From: a virus
Direction: 5' to 3' (one strand)
IMG/VR virus record: IMGVR_UViG_3300017971_000280
Location: 7,275-71,274 of that record
DNA: 64,000 nucleotides
The stretch's first letter is position 1. Every line of letters starts with the position of its first letter. The notes under the pieces were generated by a model, which was given only the letters and a program-made list of their open reading frames with translations, ran no database searches and had not been told where the DNA came from. The position numbers were made by a program, and so were the translations under genes. Shown piece by piece: positions 16,454 to 26,380 of the stretch.

Positions 16454-17648
16454 GGATAACTTTATTAGTAGTAGTAAGCATGTCTTTAAGCTGGATGGTA
16501 AGATGTACAGGGGGTATGACAATGCTCATGCTCCAGACATTAGAAGTTTTATATTTAACTTGGAGAGACTATACGATTTAGGTCTAGTTCGTACTTCTAT
16601 AGCTCCACTTGTTTCTAAAGAATTTGGTCTGATTTTAGAGCACGAAACTATTGATTTTATTACGTATCGTGAAGAATGGACTAATAAAATGTTTTTGGAT
16701 GCGGCAATTATGATGATTGACCTGCAAACAGAGCTAGTTAAGAATGAGATGTGTTTGTATGATGGACACGCTTCTAATGTTCTGTATGATTACACCAGAC
16801 CAGTATTTATTGATTTGGATTCAATTATACCATTATCAGGTTCAATAGCGTGGTTTAATGGGTTTTATCCCCAATTTGTGAAGACACTCGCTCAACGTAG
16901 TAATCAAGACCCTAGTTATTGGTATGAGTTGATAGAGAAGACAATAAATTCCCCCAAGTCAAAAGGCAGTGCCTCAGCTTGGCAAGACGCATTTTTGGAT
17001 TTGCTGATAGAGACTCGTAGCTGGTTCTCCAGCATGAGTGTTAACGAAAAGATTACACCTTGGAGTACTTATACTCAACCCACAGCAGAGTTGACTAATA
17101 ATAAGCAGAAAGTAACAGCACAACTTCTTAACAGGATATATTCTGATGGTATGACACTATTTGACGTGGGTGCTAACGAGGGATGGTACTCAAACTTTGC
17201 TTGCAATATTGGGTATCGTGTTGTGGCAGTTGAGATAGATGAGCAATGTATGACCAAGTTATATCTACAAGCTAAAGAATCAAATGTAAAGATTTTACCA
17301 TTAGCATTTAATTTCTTACATCCTTGGCAAGCTCATCCTCCATACATGGATGCTATTGATAGATTGAAGTGCGAAGTGTGTCTAGGATTGGCTGTGGTTC
17401 ATCATATGGTATTTTCACAGAAGTCAACGTTTCCTGAGATTGCTTCCAAATTCAACGATTTCTCAAAGAAATATGCTATTGTTGAGTTTCCACCAGAAGA
17501 TGATATTTTTGTGCATAATTGGGTTACACCTGAAACTAACTGGTATAACTTAGATAACTTTATTGCTGAGATGTCAAAATATTTCCCCAAGCATGAGGTA
17601 TTTGACTCACACCCAAAACCAAGGACAATAATCTTATTTGAAAAGTAA
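16422..17648 (+). CDS. NoeA-like protein: kinase-like N-domain plus class I SAM methyltransferase
   Basis: LEHE.I.FITY.EEW, DGHASNVLY, PVFIDLDSI, DVGANEG, LAVVHH, VEFPPEDD. Confidence 0.7.
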   Translation: MRVKKEVVLSEDNFISSSKHVFKLDGKMYRGYDNAHAPDIRSFIFNLERLYDLGLVRTSIAPLVSKEFGLILEHETIDFITYREEWTNKMFLDAAIMMIDLQTELVKNEMCLYDGHASNVLYDYTRPVFIDLDSIIPLSGSIAWFNGFYPQFVKTLAQRSNQDPSYWYELIEKTINSPKSKGSASAWQDAFLDLLIETRSWFSSMSVNEKITPWSTYTQPTAELTNNKQKVTAQLLNRIYSDGMTLFDVGANEGWYSNFACNIGYRVVAVEIDEQCMTKLYLQAKESNVKILPLAFNFLHPWQAHPPYMDAIDRLKCEVCLGLAVVHHMVFSQKSTFPEIASKFNDFSKKYAIVEFPPEDDIFVHNWVTPETNWYNLDNFIAEMSKYFPKHEVFDSHPKPRTIILFEK

Positions 17649-17658
17649 AGGAGAGGAT

Positions 17659-18108
17659 ATGTACATTGAAGAAGAACTTTATAAGAAATTTGTGGATTTG
17701 ATGCCTATTGCATGTGTTGATGTTCTTATACATGATGATGATGGCAATATACTTCTTGTAAAGAGAAACCAAGAACCAGCTAAGGACAAGTGGTGGGTTA
17801 TCGGTGGTAGGTTATTAAAAGAAGAGACAATGCCAGAAGCGGCGGTACGGAAAGCTAAGGAAGAGGTTATGTTAGATGTTGAGGTTGAAAAGTTTATTGG
17901 TGTCTATGATGAATTCTTTGATACCAGTATTCAAGGATTCCCAACTCATACAGTCTGTGTCGCTTTTTTAGCTAAAGCAAACAACTTACTGATGGCTGAC
18001 GTTGACTACACTTGTGACGGCTTTAAAGTTGTCAATAGTGTTGACGACAGTTACGACCCATATGTTTTAAGGGTCATAAAAGATAGTGGAATTTTGGAGA
18101 GGAAGTAA
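17659..18108 (+). CDS. gmm: NUDIX hydrolase, GDP-mannose mannosyl hydrolase-like
   Basis: P.ACVDVLI, LLVKR..EPAK..WWVIGGR..K.E, THTV; adjacent to gmd. Confidence 0.75.
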   Translation: MYIEEELYKKFVDLMPIACVDVLIHDDDGNILLVKRNQEPAKDKWWVIGGRLLKEETMPEAAVRKAKEEVMLDVEVEKFIGVYDEFFDTSIQGFPTHTVCVAFLAKANNLLMADVDYTCDGFKVVNSVDDSYDPYVLRVIKDSGILERK

Positions 18109-19176
18109 ATGAAAAAAGCTTTAATTACAGGAATTACAGGACAAGATGGGTCATATCTTGCTGAGTTACTTTTGTCCAAAGGATATGAAGTTCATGGGAT
18201 AATAAGAAGGGCTAGTACCTTTAATACTGGTAGACTTGACAACATTTATGTTGACCCTCATACACCAGGTGCAAGGTTGTTCCTGCATTATGGTGACTTA
18301 ACAGATTGCGAACAGATTTCTAACATAATCTACAATGAGCATCCAGATGAGGTTTATCATCTAGGAGCACAGAGTCACGTTAGGGTAAGTTTTGATTGTC
18401 CAGAGTATACTACTAATGTTACTGCATTAGGTACTACTAGGATACTGGAAGCCATACGAAGAAGTAAGAGTGAAACAAAGTTCTATCAGGCTTCTAGTAG
18501 TGAAATGTTTGGTGCTTCTACCCCACCACAGAACGAAGATACAGCATTTAAACCTAGGAGTCCATATGCGTGTTCTAAGGCTTATGCGTACTGGATGGTT
18601 AAGAACTATCGAGAGGGGTATGATGTTTTTGCGTCTAATGGCATCCTATTTAACCATGAAAGTCCACGTAGAGGCGAAACTTTCGTAACTAGAAAGATTA
18701 CTAGAGCTATTGCTAATATCTTAAAAGGAACTCAGGATAAACTTTATCTTGGTAACCTTGAGGCAAAAAGAGATTGGGGATATTCTCCAGAGTATGTTGA
18801 GGGAATGTGGCGTATTTTACAACATGACAACCCTGATGATTTTGTTCTAGGTACTGGTGAAACGCACAGTGTTCAAGAGTTTGTTCAAGCGGCATTTGCA
18901 TACGCTGGACTCGATTGGAAGGACTATGTTGAGATTGACCCACGTTACTTTAGACCTACAGAAGTTGAAGCTCTGCAAGCTGATGCTTCTAAAGCAAAAG
19001 AGTTATTAGGATGGAAACCTAGAATTGCTTTTAAGGAAATAGTGTGGATTATGGTTGATTCTGATATGCAAGGAGTAGGTTTAAGCCCAATTGGTCAGGG
19101 AATCAAGGTTATAGAGAACAAATTTGATTGGCATGTATGGGACGGTGCAGGAAAGGTGGTTTTCTATGGAGATTAG
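18109..19176 (+). CDS. gmd: GDP-mannose 4,6-dehydratase
   Basis: [58 protein letters not shown]. Confidence 0.97.
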   Translation: MKKALITGITGQDGSYLAELLLSKGYEVHGIIRRASTFNTGRLDNIYVDPHTPGARLFLHYGDLTDCEQISNIIYNEHPDEVYHLGAQSHVRVSFDCPEYTTNVTALGTTRILEAIRRSKSETKFYQASSSEMFGASTPPQNEDTAFKPRSPYACSKAYAYWMVKNYREGYDVFASNGILFNHESPRRGETFVTRKITRAIANILKGTQDKLYLGNLEAKRDWGYSPEYVEGMWRILQHDNPDDFVLGTGETHSVQEFVQAAFAYAGLDWKDYVEIDPRYFRPTEVEALQADASKAKELLGWKPRIAFKEIVWIMVDSDMQGVGLSPIGQGIKVIENKFDWHVWDGAGKVVFYGD

Positions 19177-19606
19177 GCGTCTAGACTATGAGCACATTGA
19201 CGGATTAATTGACCTCTATGAATTTAACGAAAAAGAGTTTGGACGTTTCACACCTCATCCTTTCACTAGAGAGTCACTGACCAAAATCATAAAAGAGTCC
19301 GTTCTCGACTTGTTCTATGTGGCTGTGTTTAACTCAACAATTATAGGATACACCATGTTGAGGGGAATGGATGAGGGATATGCTGTCCCCCGACTTGGTA
19401 TAGCTGTTGATAAAGGTGTTTATGGTACTGGTGTAGCTACTACGTTAATGGAACATCTTGAAGCTACTTGTAGACTTCGTGGTTATAAGGAAATTAGTCT
19501 CAGAGTTTACAAAGACAATCCTAGAGCATATAATTTCTATATAAAATTAGGATATGACTATAGACCATACGATAATGAGTCAGTGTTGGGGTTTAAGGAG
19601 CTATAA
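19166..19606 (+). CDS. GNAT family N-acetyltransferase
   Basis: LGIAV....GTGVAT.LM, L.V...N..A..FY.KLGY. Confidence 0.85.
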   Translation: MEIRRLDYEHIDGLIDLYEFNEKEFGRFTPHPFTRESLTKIIKESVLDLFYVAVFNSTIIGYTMLRGMDEGYAVPRLGIAVDKGVYGTGVATTLMEHLEATCRLRGYKEISLRVYKDNPRAYNFYIKLGYDYRPYDNESVLGFKEL

Positions 19607-19836
19607 TGGACATAAGCAAAAAGTCTATAAGCATGTTGATTGATGAATTGATTACTACTAATATTAAGTGTTGGTTTGCTCAGGAGAGGTTGATGTCAGC
19701 TACCAATGACCATGATGTGGCTGAAGCGGCAAGGGATGCACAATCGCTTAACGCACGAAGAAATGCTCTTATGAGGGCGATTGATGAAATGTTAGGTCAG
19801 GGTAGTATAACATTAACGGAGAAGTCGTATGGATAG
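19606..19836 (+). CDS. Small helical protein, DUF4254-like, in the glycan locus
   Basis: LIDEL...NIKCW..QE....LN..RN.L...ID. Confidence 0.6.
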   Translation: MDISKKSISMLIDELITTNIKCWFAQERLMSATNDHDVAEAARDAQSLNARRNALMRAIDEMLGQGSITLTEKSYG

Positions 19837-20857
19837 AAAGAAAATATTCATGTATGCCACACAGAGTAAGTTAGTTGAGGAAGAATCTTTTCTATTTCAC
19901 AAACTAGGTTTTGATGTTTATACAGCGGCGTGGGCAACTGACCAGACTACTCATTTTAGGGGATATAAGGACTATAACCCAAACCACTTCTATCAAGGTA
20001 AATGTGATTTTCTAACTGATGATGAGATTAATGTATTATCAAAGGTTGATGTTAGTTGGGACAAGCTACCAACAGTTTCAACAAGATATGTTCCCGAAGT
20101 TAGAGATGTCTTATTGGATAAGTTTGATATACTGTACGTAATAGCACCTACTCCTTGGTTGCTGTATGGTGAGGACTTTCTTAAAGCTGGTAAGAAGGTA
20201 GTATTCAGACCCTTTGGTTATGCTCCTTATACGTGGGGGAAATCAGTAGACATATCTGTATTGTCTAATTATGAAGATTTCCATGTGGTTACTTGTACTC
20301 CATATGATGTAAAGCATTACAAAAACGTGTCAACAGCGATAACTATGGTCAACAAAGACCTTATTTTAGACCCTGCACCACAGGGTGACCACATATTTAC
20401 CATTTTCCCGATTGTTAATGGTCAAATAAAGAACGACCTTGCAATCAAACTCAATGCTTTAAAAATTCCTTGGGTATTACATGAGTACCACTATGAGTGG
20501 AAGTCTAGTGTAGACATGGATAAGTTGTTTAGCTCTAGTGTTCTATATTTTGATTTGAACTCGATGGTCAGGTATCCCATCTTGGAAGCAATGGCACATG
20601 GCAAAGCTGTTGTTATGAGGGGGAGCTTATCTCCCAAAACACCACAAGCATTCGTTTTCTTGGTTGATGCTGGACTAGACCCAACTATACCGTGTTATTA
20701 TAAGGATTTTGGTAATGCTCCAAGTGTAGTAGCTAAATTATATGCAAGTTCTGAGCTTAGAGATAGAGTTGCTACTGTCCAAACAACGTGGTTAGATTCT
20801 ATGATAGATAAGGCGATTGAGGTATGGTCTAGAGTATTGGAGGTTAACAATGGGTAG
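19829..20857 (+). CDS. Divergent GT-B-like glycosyltransferase (putative)
   Basis: C-terminal YPILEAMAHGKAVV motif; gene context. Confidence 0.5.
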   Translation: MDRKKIFMYATQSKLVEEESFLFHKLGFDVYTAAWATDQTTHFRGYKDYNPNHFYQGKCDFLTDDEINVLSKVDVSWDKLPTVSTRYVPEVRDVLLDKFDILYVIAPTPWLLYGEDFLKAGKKVVFRPFGYAPYTWGKSVDISVLSNYEDFHVVTCTPYDVKHYKNVSTAITMVNKDLILDPAPQGDHIFTIFPIVNGQIKNDLAIKLNALKIPWVLHEYHYEWKSSVDMDKLFSSSVLYFDLNSMVRYPILEAMAHGKAVVMRGSLSPKTPQAFVFLVDAGLDPTIPCYYKDFGNAPSVVAKLYASSELRDRVATVQTTWLDSMIDKAIEVWSRVLEVNNG

Positions 20858-21554
20858 ATTTTATGGACAATGGAATCCACCAGTAGACAAGGTTCTTTAT
20901 GATAATTACTTCACTGATGTTAGAGATGGTTACTTCATAGACTGTGGAGCGGCTGAAGGGGCTTTATATAGTAATACTAAATTCTTCGATGAAACTATGG
21001 GTTGGAATGGTATTTGCATAGAGCCATCAGTGGCATTTGAGCAACTTGTTGTTAATAGACCAAGAGCAATTAACTTGAATATCGCCCTGTCCGATAAGAA
21101 TGGTGTCATTGGTTTCACTGAGGCAGTACACGCAAAGGGACACAACGTTCCAGGTTTACCACCAGGTGGCTCAATTCATTATAACGATATTCCATTGCTT
21201 AAAAATGAAATTGGACGTTGGGGATATATCTTCACTGAGCGTGAAGTTGAGACATTAACTTACAAGTCATTAATTGATAAGTATAGTGTAGATAAGGTTG
21301 ACCTTTTAGTTATTGATGTAGAGGGTCACGAAATGGCGGTTATTAGGGGGATAGAAGGAGCATTAGTAATGCCTAGCGTTGTTTGTGTCGAATACCCTAT
21401 AACTGGTATAAACAAAATAACAAGAGCTTTGCTTGAATTTGGGTATCGGTTTGATTTCATGAGTTTTAATAACGCTTTCTTTTCAATCGGATTTCCTGAG
21501 AAGGAATGGACTGGTACTACAGATAAGTGGGGAACTTGTTATCAGGAGGATTAG
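20850..21554 (+). CDS. FkbM family methyltransferase
   Basis: FIDCGAAEG, SNT..F, GWNGICIEP, VIDVEGHE. Confidence 0.88.
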   Translation: MGRFYGQWNPPVDKVLYDNYFTDVRDGYFIDCGAAEGALYSNTKFFDETMGWNGICIEPSVAFEQLVVNRPRAINLNIALSDKNGVIGFTEAVHAKGHNVPGLPPGGSIHYNDIPLLKNEIGRWGYIFTEREVETLTYKSLIDKYSVDKVDLLVIDVEGHEMAVIRGIEGALVMPSVVCVEYPITGINKITRALLEFGYRFDFMSFNNAFFSIGFPEKEWTGTTDKWGTCYQED

Positions 21555-21555
21555 T

Positions 21556-22638
21556 GTGATACCATACGCAAAACCTTTTTTGAGTGGTAAGGAAGTAGAA
21601 TATGTGGCTGATGCTGTAGCATCTACTTGGATTTCTGGTGGTAAGTATCTTAATAAACTAGAAGATGAATTATCTGATATTTTAGGTAAGCGTGTTCTAA
21701 CTACATCTAACGGTACTACTGCTATTCAACTAGCTTATTTAGTTGCGGGGCTTAAAGCTGGTGATGAGATAATAGTTCCAGGATTCACTTTTATGGCTGT
21801 GGCAAATTTGGCATTGCATGTTGGTATAAAACCAATTTTTGCCGATGTTGATTTTCATACTTGGTGTGTTACTGCTAAGAACATAGAGAAGAAGCTAACC
21901 AATAAGACCAAAGCTATTGTTCCTGTTCACACTTATGGGAATGTGTGTGATATGGATGAGATAGTAAAACTAGCGTCCCGTAATAATATTATAGTGATAG
22001 AGGATGGTGCTGAGGCTTTGTTCTCCAAGTATAAAAATAACTATTGTGGTACTTTCGGAGAGATAGGTACTTTCAGTATGCACGCTACTAAAACTATAAC
22101 TACTGGAGAGGGTGGTTTTGTGGTTTGTGATGACTCATTAACTGAAGTGATGTCTTTATATAGGAGTCATGGGTTATTGGAACGTGGTTCGTATGACCAC
22201 CTAGTAGCAGGACATAATTTTAGGTTAACTAATATACAAGCGGCTTTGGGGTGTGCTCAGTTAGAGAATATAACTACTATACTTGCAGAGAAGAATAGAA
22301 TTCTTAGTGTCTACAGGTCTCGTTTAGAAAATATAGATGGGATATACTTGCAGGAGTACAGACCAGAAGTTGACCCCGTTGTGTGGGTAGTAGCAGTTAG
22401 ACTTGATGACTTAGCGTTTCCTCAGAGCAGGGATGGGGTGCTCAAGCAACTTAAAGCGGCAGGTGTAGAGGCTAGACCAGGTTTTGTAGCGTCCAGTAAG
22501 CTTAAATATTTCGCACCACATAAATTACCAGTGTCGGAGGAGTTGAGCAGAACTGTGCTTAGTCTCCCAACATACCCTGATTTAAAAAACGAAGAAATAC
22601 ATCAAATTTGTGATGTTTTAATCGAGGCAAGGAGTTAA
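21556..22638 (+). CDS. DegT/DnrJ/EryC1/StrS aminotransferase, GDP-perosamine synthase-like
   Basis: SNGTTA, VHTYG, IEDGAEA, FSMHATKTITTGEGG (PLP Lys), GHNFRLTNIQAA. Confidence 0.88.
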   Translation: MIPYAKPFLSGKEVEYVADAVASTWISGGKYLNKLEDELSDILGKRVLTTSNGTTAIQLAYLVAGLKAGDEIIVPGFTFMAVANLALHVGIKPIFADVDFHTWCVTAKNIEKKLTNKTKAIVPVHTYGNVCDMDEIVKLASRNNIIVIEDGAEALFSKYKNNYCGTFGEIGTFSMHATKTITTGEGGFVVCDDSLTEVMSLYRSHGLLERGSYDHLVAGHNFRLTNIQAALGCAQLENITTILAEKNRILSVYRSRLENIDGIYLQEYRPEVDPVVWVVAVRLDDLAFPQSRDGVLKQLKAAGVEARPGFVASSKLKYFAPHKLPVSEELSRTVLSLPTYPDLKNEEIHQICDVLIEARS

Positions 22639-22639
22639 T

Positions 22640-23908
22640 ATGAGAAAGTGTAGAATTTCTGGTGATGATTTAGTTCCCCTTTTTACATTGGGTGACTTGT
22701 ATGTATCAGACTTCATTCCCCAAAATGAAGAACCAAATAGAGATAAGTATGAATTGAAGCTCATGCTTTCTAGAACGTCAGGTTTGGTTCAGTTGGAACA
22801 TGCACCACCTTTAGATTTAATGTATGGCAAATATTGGTATAGGTCAGGAATAAGCAATACAATGAGAGCGGAGCTTAAAAATATAGCTGATTCTTGTATT
22901 GATGCTATTCATCCTGAAGATGGTGATGTATTCTTGGACATTGCTAGTAATGATGGTACATTATTAAGCTTTGTTCCTGCTAATATAATTAAAATAGGAA
23001 TTGACCCTGTAGAGGGTTCGTTTCAGGACGATGCTAAGAAGTATGCTGATGAGGCTATTCAAGATTACTTTACAGCAGACGTTTACAAAGCTGGTAGGTA
23101 TGGTGGTAAGAAAGCTAAAATAATTACCGTTATTGCTATGTTCTATGACCTTGAGGATTCAGCATCATTCTTAGACGATATTGATGAGATAATGGACGAT
23201 GATGGTTTACTTGTTCTACAACTTAGTTACACTCCTCTAATGCTTCAACAGTTAGCTTTTGATAACCTTTGTCATGAACACATTTGTTATTATTCTTTGT
23301 CTTCTATGAAATACTTATTAGACCGTAAGGGTTTTAAGATATTAGACTGTCAACTGAACGATACTAATGGTGGTAGCTTCAGAGTCTACATTATGAAGGA
23401 CAAGGGAGATGAGACTAAATTTAGGACACACCCCTACAGAGATGTTGCTAAATTTAGAGTTGAGTCAATATTGGAATATGAACGTAAGTTAAAGTTGAAT
23501 GAACCAGAAATCTACCTTAATTTCTATAAAAAGGTGTGCGAGCTAAAGGATAATACTGTATCATTTATTAAACAGGAAAAGGATAGAGGTAAATCCATTT
23601 GGGGTTATGGGGCGTCTACTAAAGGTAATACTCTACTACAGTGGTATGGACTAAATGAGACACACATAGACGCTATCGCTGAAAGGTCTACGTTCAAATA
23701 CGGATTAAAAACAATAGGTAGTAACATTCCTATTGTTTCTGAAGCAGAGATGAGAGAGGCACAACCTGATTACTTGCTTGTTCTCCCTTGGCACTTTGTT
23801 AAAGAGTTTAAACAGCGAGAATGCGAATATTTGAACAGGGGTGGTAAATTTATTATTCCTTGTCCAGCTTTTTATGTCATGTCTGATAAAGGGGTGGAGT
23901 ATGACTAA
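22640..23908 (+). CDS. NDP-sugar C-methyltransferase family protein
   Basis: YWYRSG, DIASNDGTLL, FDNLCHEH..YYS, GYGASTKGNTLL, PDYLLVLPWHF. Confidence 0.85.
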   Translation: MRKCRISGDDLVPLFTLGDLYVSDFIPQNEEPNRDKYELKLMLSRTSGLVQLEHAPPLDLMYGKYWYRSGISNTMRAELKNIADSCIDAIHPEDGDVFLDIASNDGTLLSFVPANIIKIGIDPVEGSFQDDAKKYADEAIQDYFTADVYKAGRYGGKKAKIITVIAMFYDLEDSASFLDDIDEIMDDDGLLVLQLSYTPLMLQQLAFDNLCHEHICYYSLSSMKYLLDRKGFKILDCQLNDTNGGSFRVYIMKDKGDETKFRTHPYRDVAKFRVESILEYERKLKLNEPEIYLNFYKKVCELKDNTVSFIKQEKDRGKSIWGYGASTKGNTLLQWYGLNETHIDAIAERSTFKYGLKTIGSNIPIVSEAEMREAQPDYLLVLPWHFVKEFKQRECEYLNRGGKFIIPCPAFYVMSDKGVEYD

Positions 23909-24791
23909 TAGATTAATCTTCTATAATCACTATGGTAATGGTGACCTGTTTATAGCTAGGGAATTTGTCAGAGAGATGATGCGAATAATTCCAGCTAAGG
24001 AGTATTATTACTCTCATGGCAAAAATATTAGAATGTTTGCTGATTTTCCTGAACTGAAGTTTACTCCGATTACAGACAACCACATTATGAGAAAGCATGG
24101 GTATCGTTTAGATGATGATATATACATAAATACGTGGTTAGGTGTTGATTCTAACTATGTTACACCCGCAAACTCTTGTTCAATAGATAATTCTTTTAGA
24201 ATGTACAACGATATTTTACGTGACTTGGGATTTCCTCTGTTGTCACAATCACTTGAAGAATATCTTCCACGTATTGATTACAGTTTCTTTGACACCGCTC
24301 CAGTGGACAAGTTCATAAGAGATAATAAGGATAGGCAAATGGTATTCATCGCTAATTGTTTGGTTCAGTCTAACCAAGCGGAGAATTTTGAGTTTGCACC
24401 AATTATAACTAGATTATGTGAAGAGCATCCTGATATACTCTTTATTATTTCAGACCCAATTAATGAAGTGTTCGATAATTTAGTCACTACGAAGGAGATT
24501 ACTCAAAGTAAAGATGGATTTGACCTTAATGAACTTTCATATCTTAGTCTTTTTATCAACCTCTTGGTTGGACGAAGTTCAGGACCACAAATATTTTCTA
24601 TGGTTTCGGAGAATTGCATGAATCCTCAAAAAGCTTTCTTATCCTTCACTTACCGTCCAGAAAGTGCTCATATAGTTAGTGGTAAACCACCTATAAAGTC
24701 TAAGATTTACTGGAGCAATTTAACAAGTGACTCAGAGGTATACGCTGTGATATGCAAGGTTTTATGCGATACGGAATTGGAGGTAAAATGA
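23901..24791 (+). CDS. Hypothetical protein, possible GT9-like glycosyltransferase
   Basis: N-terminal HYGNGD, C-terminal LVGRSSGP; gene context. Confidence 0.5.
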   Translation: MTNRLIFYNHYGNGDLFIAREFVREMMRIIPAKEYYYSHGKNIRMFADFPELKFTPITDNHIMRKHGYRLDDDIYINTWLGVDSNYVTPANSCSIDNSFRMYNDILRDLGFPLLSQSLEEYLPRIDYSFFDTAPVDKFIRDNKDRQMVFIANCLVQSNQAENFEFAPIITRLCEEHPDILFIISDPINEVFDNLVTTKEITQSKDGFDLNELSYLSLFINLLVGRSSGPQIFSMVSENCMNPQKAFLSFTYRPESAHIVSGKPPIKSKIYWSNLTSDSEVYAVICKVLCDTELEVK

Positions 24792-25720
24792 GTAAAACAT
24801 TGTTAGGTATGGTGACGTTTGGGAATTTGATGTTTAGTAGACTAACAATAGAGTCCATATTAAACACGACTACTAAGCCTCTTGACCTTTTTGTAGTTGT
24901 TGGTAAACCTGGTGATACAGAGACTATAGAATGGTTAGAGAGTAAGGGTATTCCTCATATTATTCACCCTGAGAACTATGGGTTTCCTTGGGGGCTGAAT
25001 GACATCTATGATCGTGGATGGAAGGAAGGTTCTTATGATAACATCATTATTGCTGGTAATGATATTATAGCATACCCAAACGCAATAGATTCACTTATTG
25101 AGGTTGCAGATACAACCAAGTATGAGTGGATTTCAGCTTGTCAGTATGATGTAAAAGCACTACTTAAAGACTTTCCAGAGTGTAGTGACTTTTTCAAAGG
25201 TGGTACGTGCCAAATTGATGATGCTGGATTGGAAAGTAAGTGTTGGGACAAGTTTAAGGGTTATGAAGGTCGTTCTGTTCAAGTTTCTCAACCTGGACTA
25301 AGTGACATCCATAACTTGGCACTTTATAAGAGAGCAGTTTATGAGAAGGTCGGCTATATTGATGTAAACTTTTATCCAGCATATTATTCAGATAATGACT
25401 ATGCAAGACGTGGAGTCAATCTAGGTATGGCTGACGTAGCTGGTACTTTGTTGAGTGCGGTTTATTTCCATTTTTGGAGTAGAACGATTCATCAAGGTGA
25501 AAACATAGTGATGGACAAGCATCACGCTTATTTTCGTAACAACGCACAATTTTACAATGTCAAATGGGGTGGAGGGTTTGGTCAGGAATCTTATAATATA
25601 CCATTTGGTGGCAAACATTTTATGTTAGCTCCAGGTATTACATTAGACCCTACTCTCAATATACAATCAAGAAATAATGAAGAGAGCATTGTAAGATTCT
25701 GGAGAAACTTAGCCACTTAA
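24788..25720 (+). CDS. Glycosyltransferase family 2
   Basis: ENYGFP.GLN, GNDII, VGYIDVNFYPAYYSDNDY..R, HFWSRT. Confidence 0.8.
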   Translation: MSKTLLGMVTFGNLMFSRLTIESILNTTTKPLDLFVVVGKPGDTETIEWLESKGIPHIIHPENYGFPWGLNDIYDRGWKEGSYDNIIIAGNDIIAYPNAIDSLIEVADTTKYEWISACQYDVKALLKDFPECSDFFKGGTCQIDDAGLESKCWDKFKGYEGRSVQVSQPGLSDIHNLALYKRAVYEKVGYIDVNFYPAYYSDNDYARRGVNLGMADVAGTLLSAVYFHFWSRTIHQGENIVMDKHHAYFRNNAQFYNVKWGGGFGQESYNIPFGGKHFMLAPGITLDPTLNIQSRNNEESIVRFWRNLAT

Positions 25721-25730
25721 CGAGGCTGAA

Positions 25731-25838
25731 GTGAAAGTATGTACGAAATGTAAAAGAGTAGTTGATAATAAAACAGAGAAATGTCCAACATGTGGGAATG
25801 ATGAATTTCAGACCCTTATGTTCTTGGAAGGACAGTAG
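25731..25838 (+). CDS. 35-aa zinc-ribbon peptide (MKVCTKCKRVVDNKTEKCPTCGNDEF...)
   Basis: Manual translation; GAGG SD before GTG; fills the intergenic gap. Confidence 0.55.
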   Translation: MKVCTKCKRVVDNKTEKCPTCGNDEFQTLMFLEGQ

Positions 25839-25849
25839 AGGTGAGTTAA

Positions 25850-26362
25850 ATGCCTTATGGAATAAAAAACGAAACTCCTGAACAGACTAAGTGGATGGAG
25901 AAGTGTGTTGATAGTATAAGTGGTACTAATAAGAGAACTGGTAAACCTTATACAAAAGGTGAGAAAATAGCCATCTGTAAGGTTCAGTTAAAAAAGACTG
26001 GAGCTTCTGAAGACGCTATTAGCGAAGAGAGTATGAGGGAGCAGTTCTATGAGTTTGAGGACAAAATAAGAGAAGCTCTCTCTCCAATGCGTGACATGGT
26101 GCAACCGTCATATGGTCCTTACGTGGCTGATATTTTTGATGACTATGTTATCGTAGAGAAAGATAATGATTTGTATAAAGTACCTTATACCATGAAGGGT
26201 GACGATGTTTCTTTTGATTGGAGCAAAGCTATTGAAGTGAAGAGAACAACCGTTTATGAACCAGTTGGGGAGGCTGAAAGAGAGATTGTAACTAAAGTAC
26301 CTTACATACCTAGTAGAGAAGGTGGAAGAGTTGTTACCTATGGTGGCAGAACTGTAAATTAA
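25850..26362 (+). CDS. Hypothetical head-module protein
   Basis: ORF track; GAGGTGA SD. Confidence 0.7.
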   Translation: MPYGIKNETPEQTKWMEKCVDSISGTNKRTGKPYTKGEKIAICKVQLKKTGASEDAISEESMREQFYEFEDKIREALSPMRDMVQPSYGPYVADIFDDYVIVEKDNDLYKVPYTMKGDDVSFDWSKAIEVKRTTVYEPVGEAEREIVTKVPYIPSREGGRVVTYGGRTVN

Positions 26363-26380
26363 GCTGAAAGGAGTGGATTT

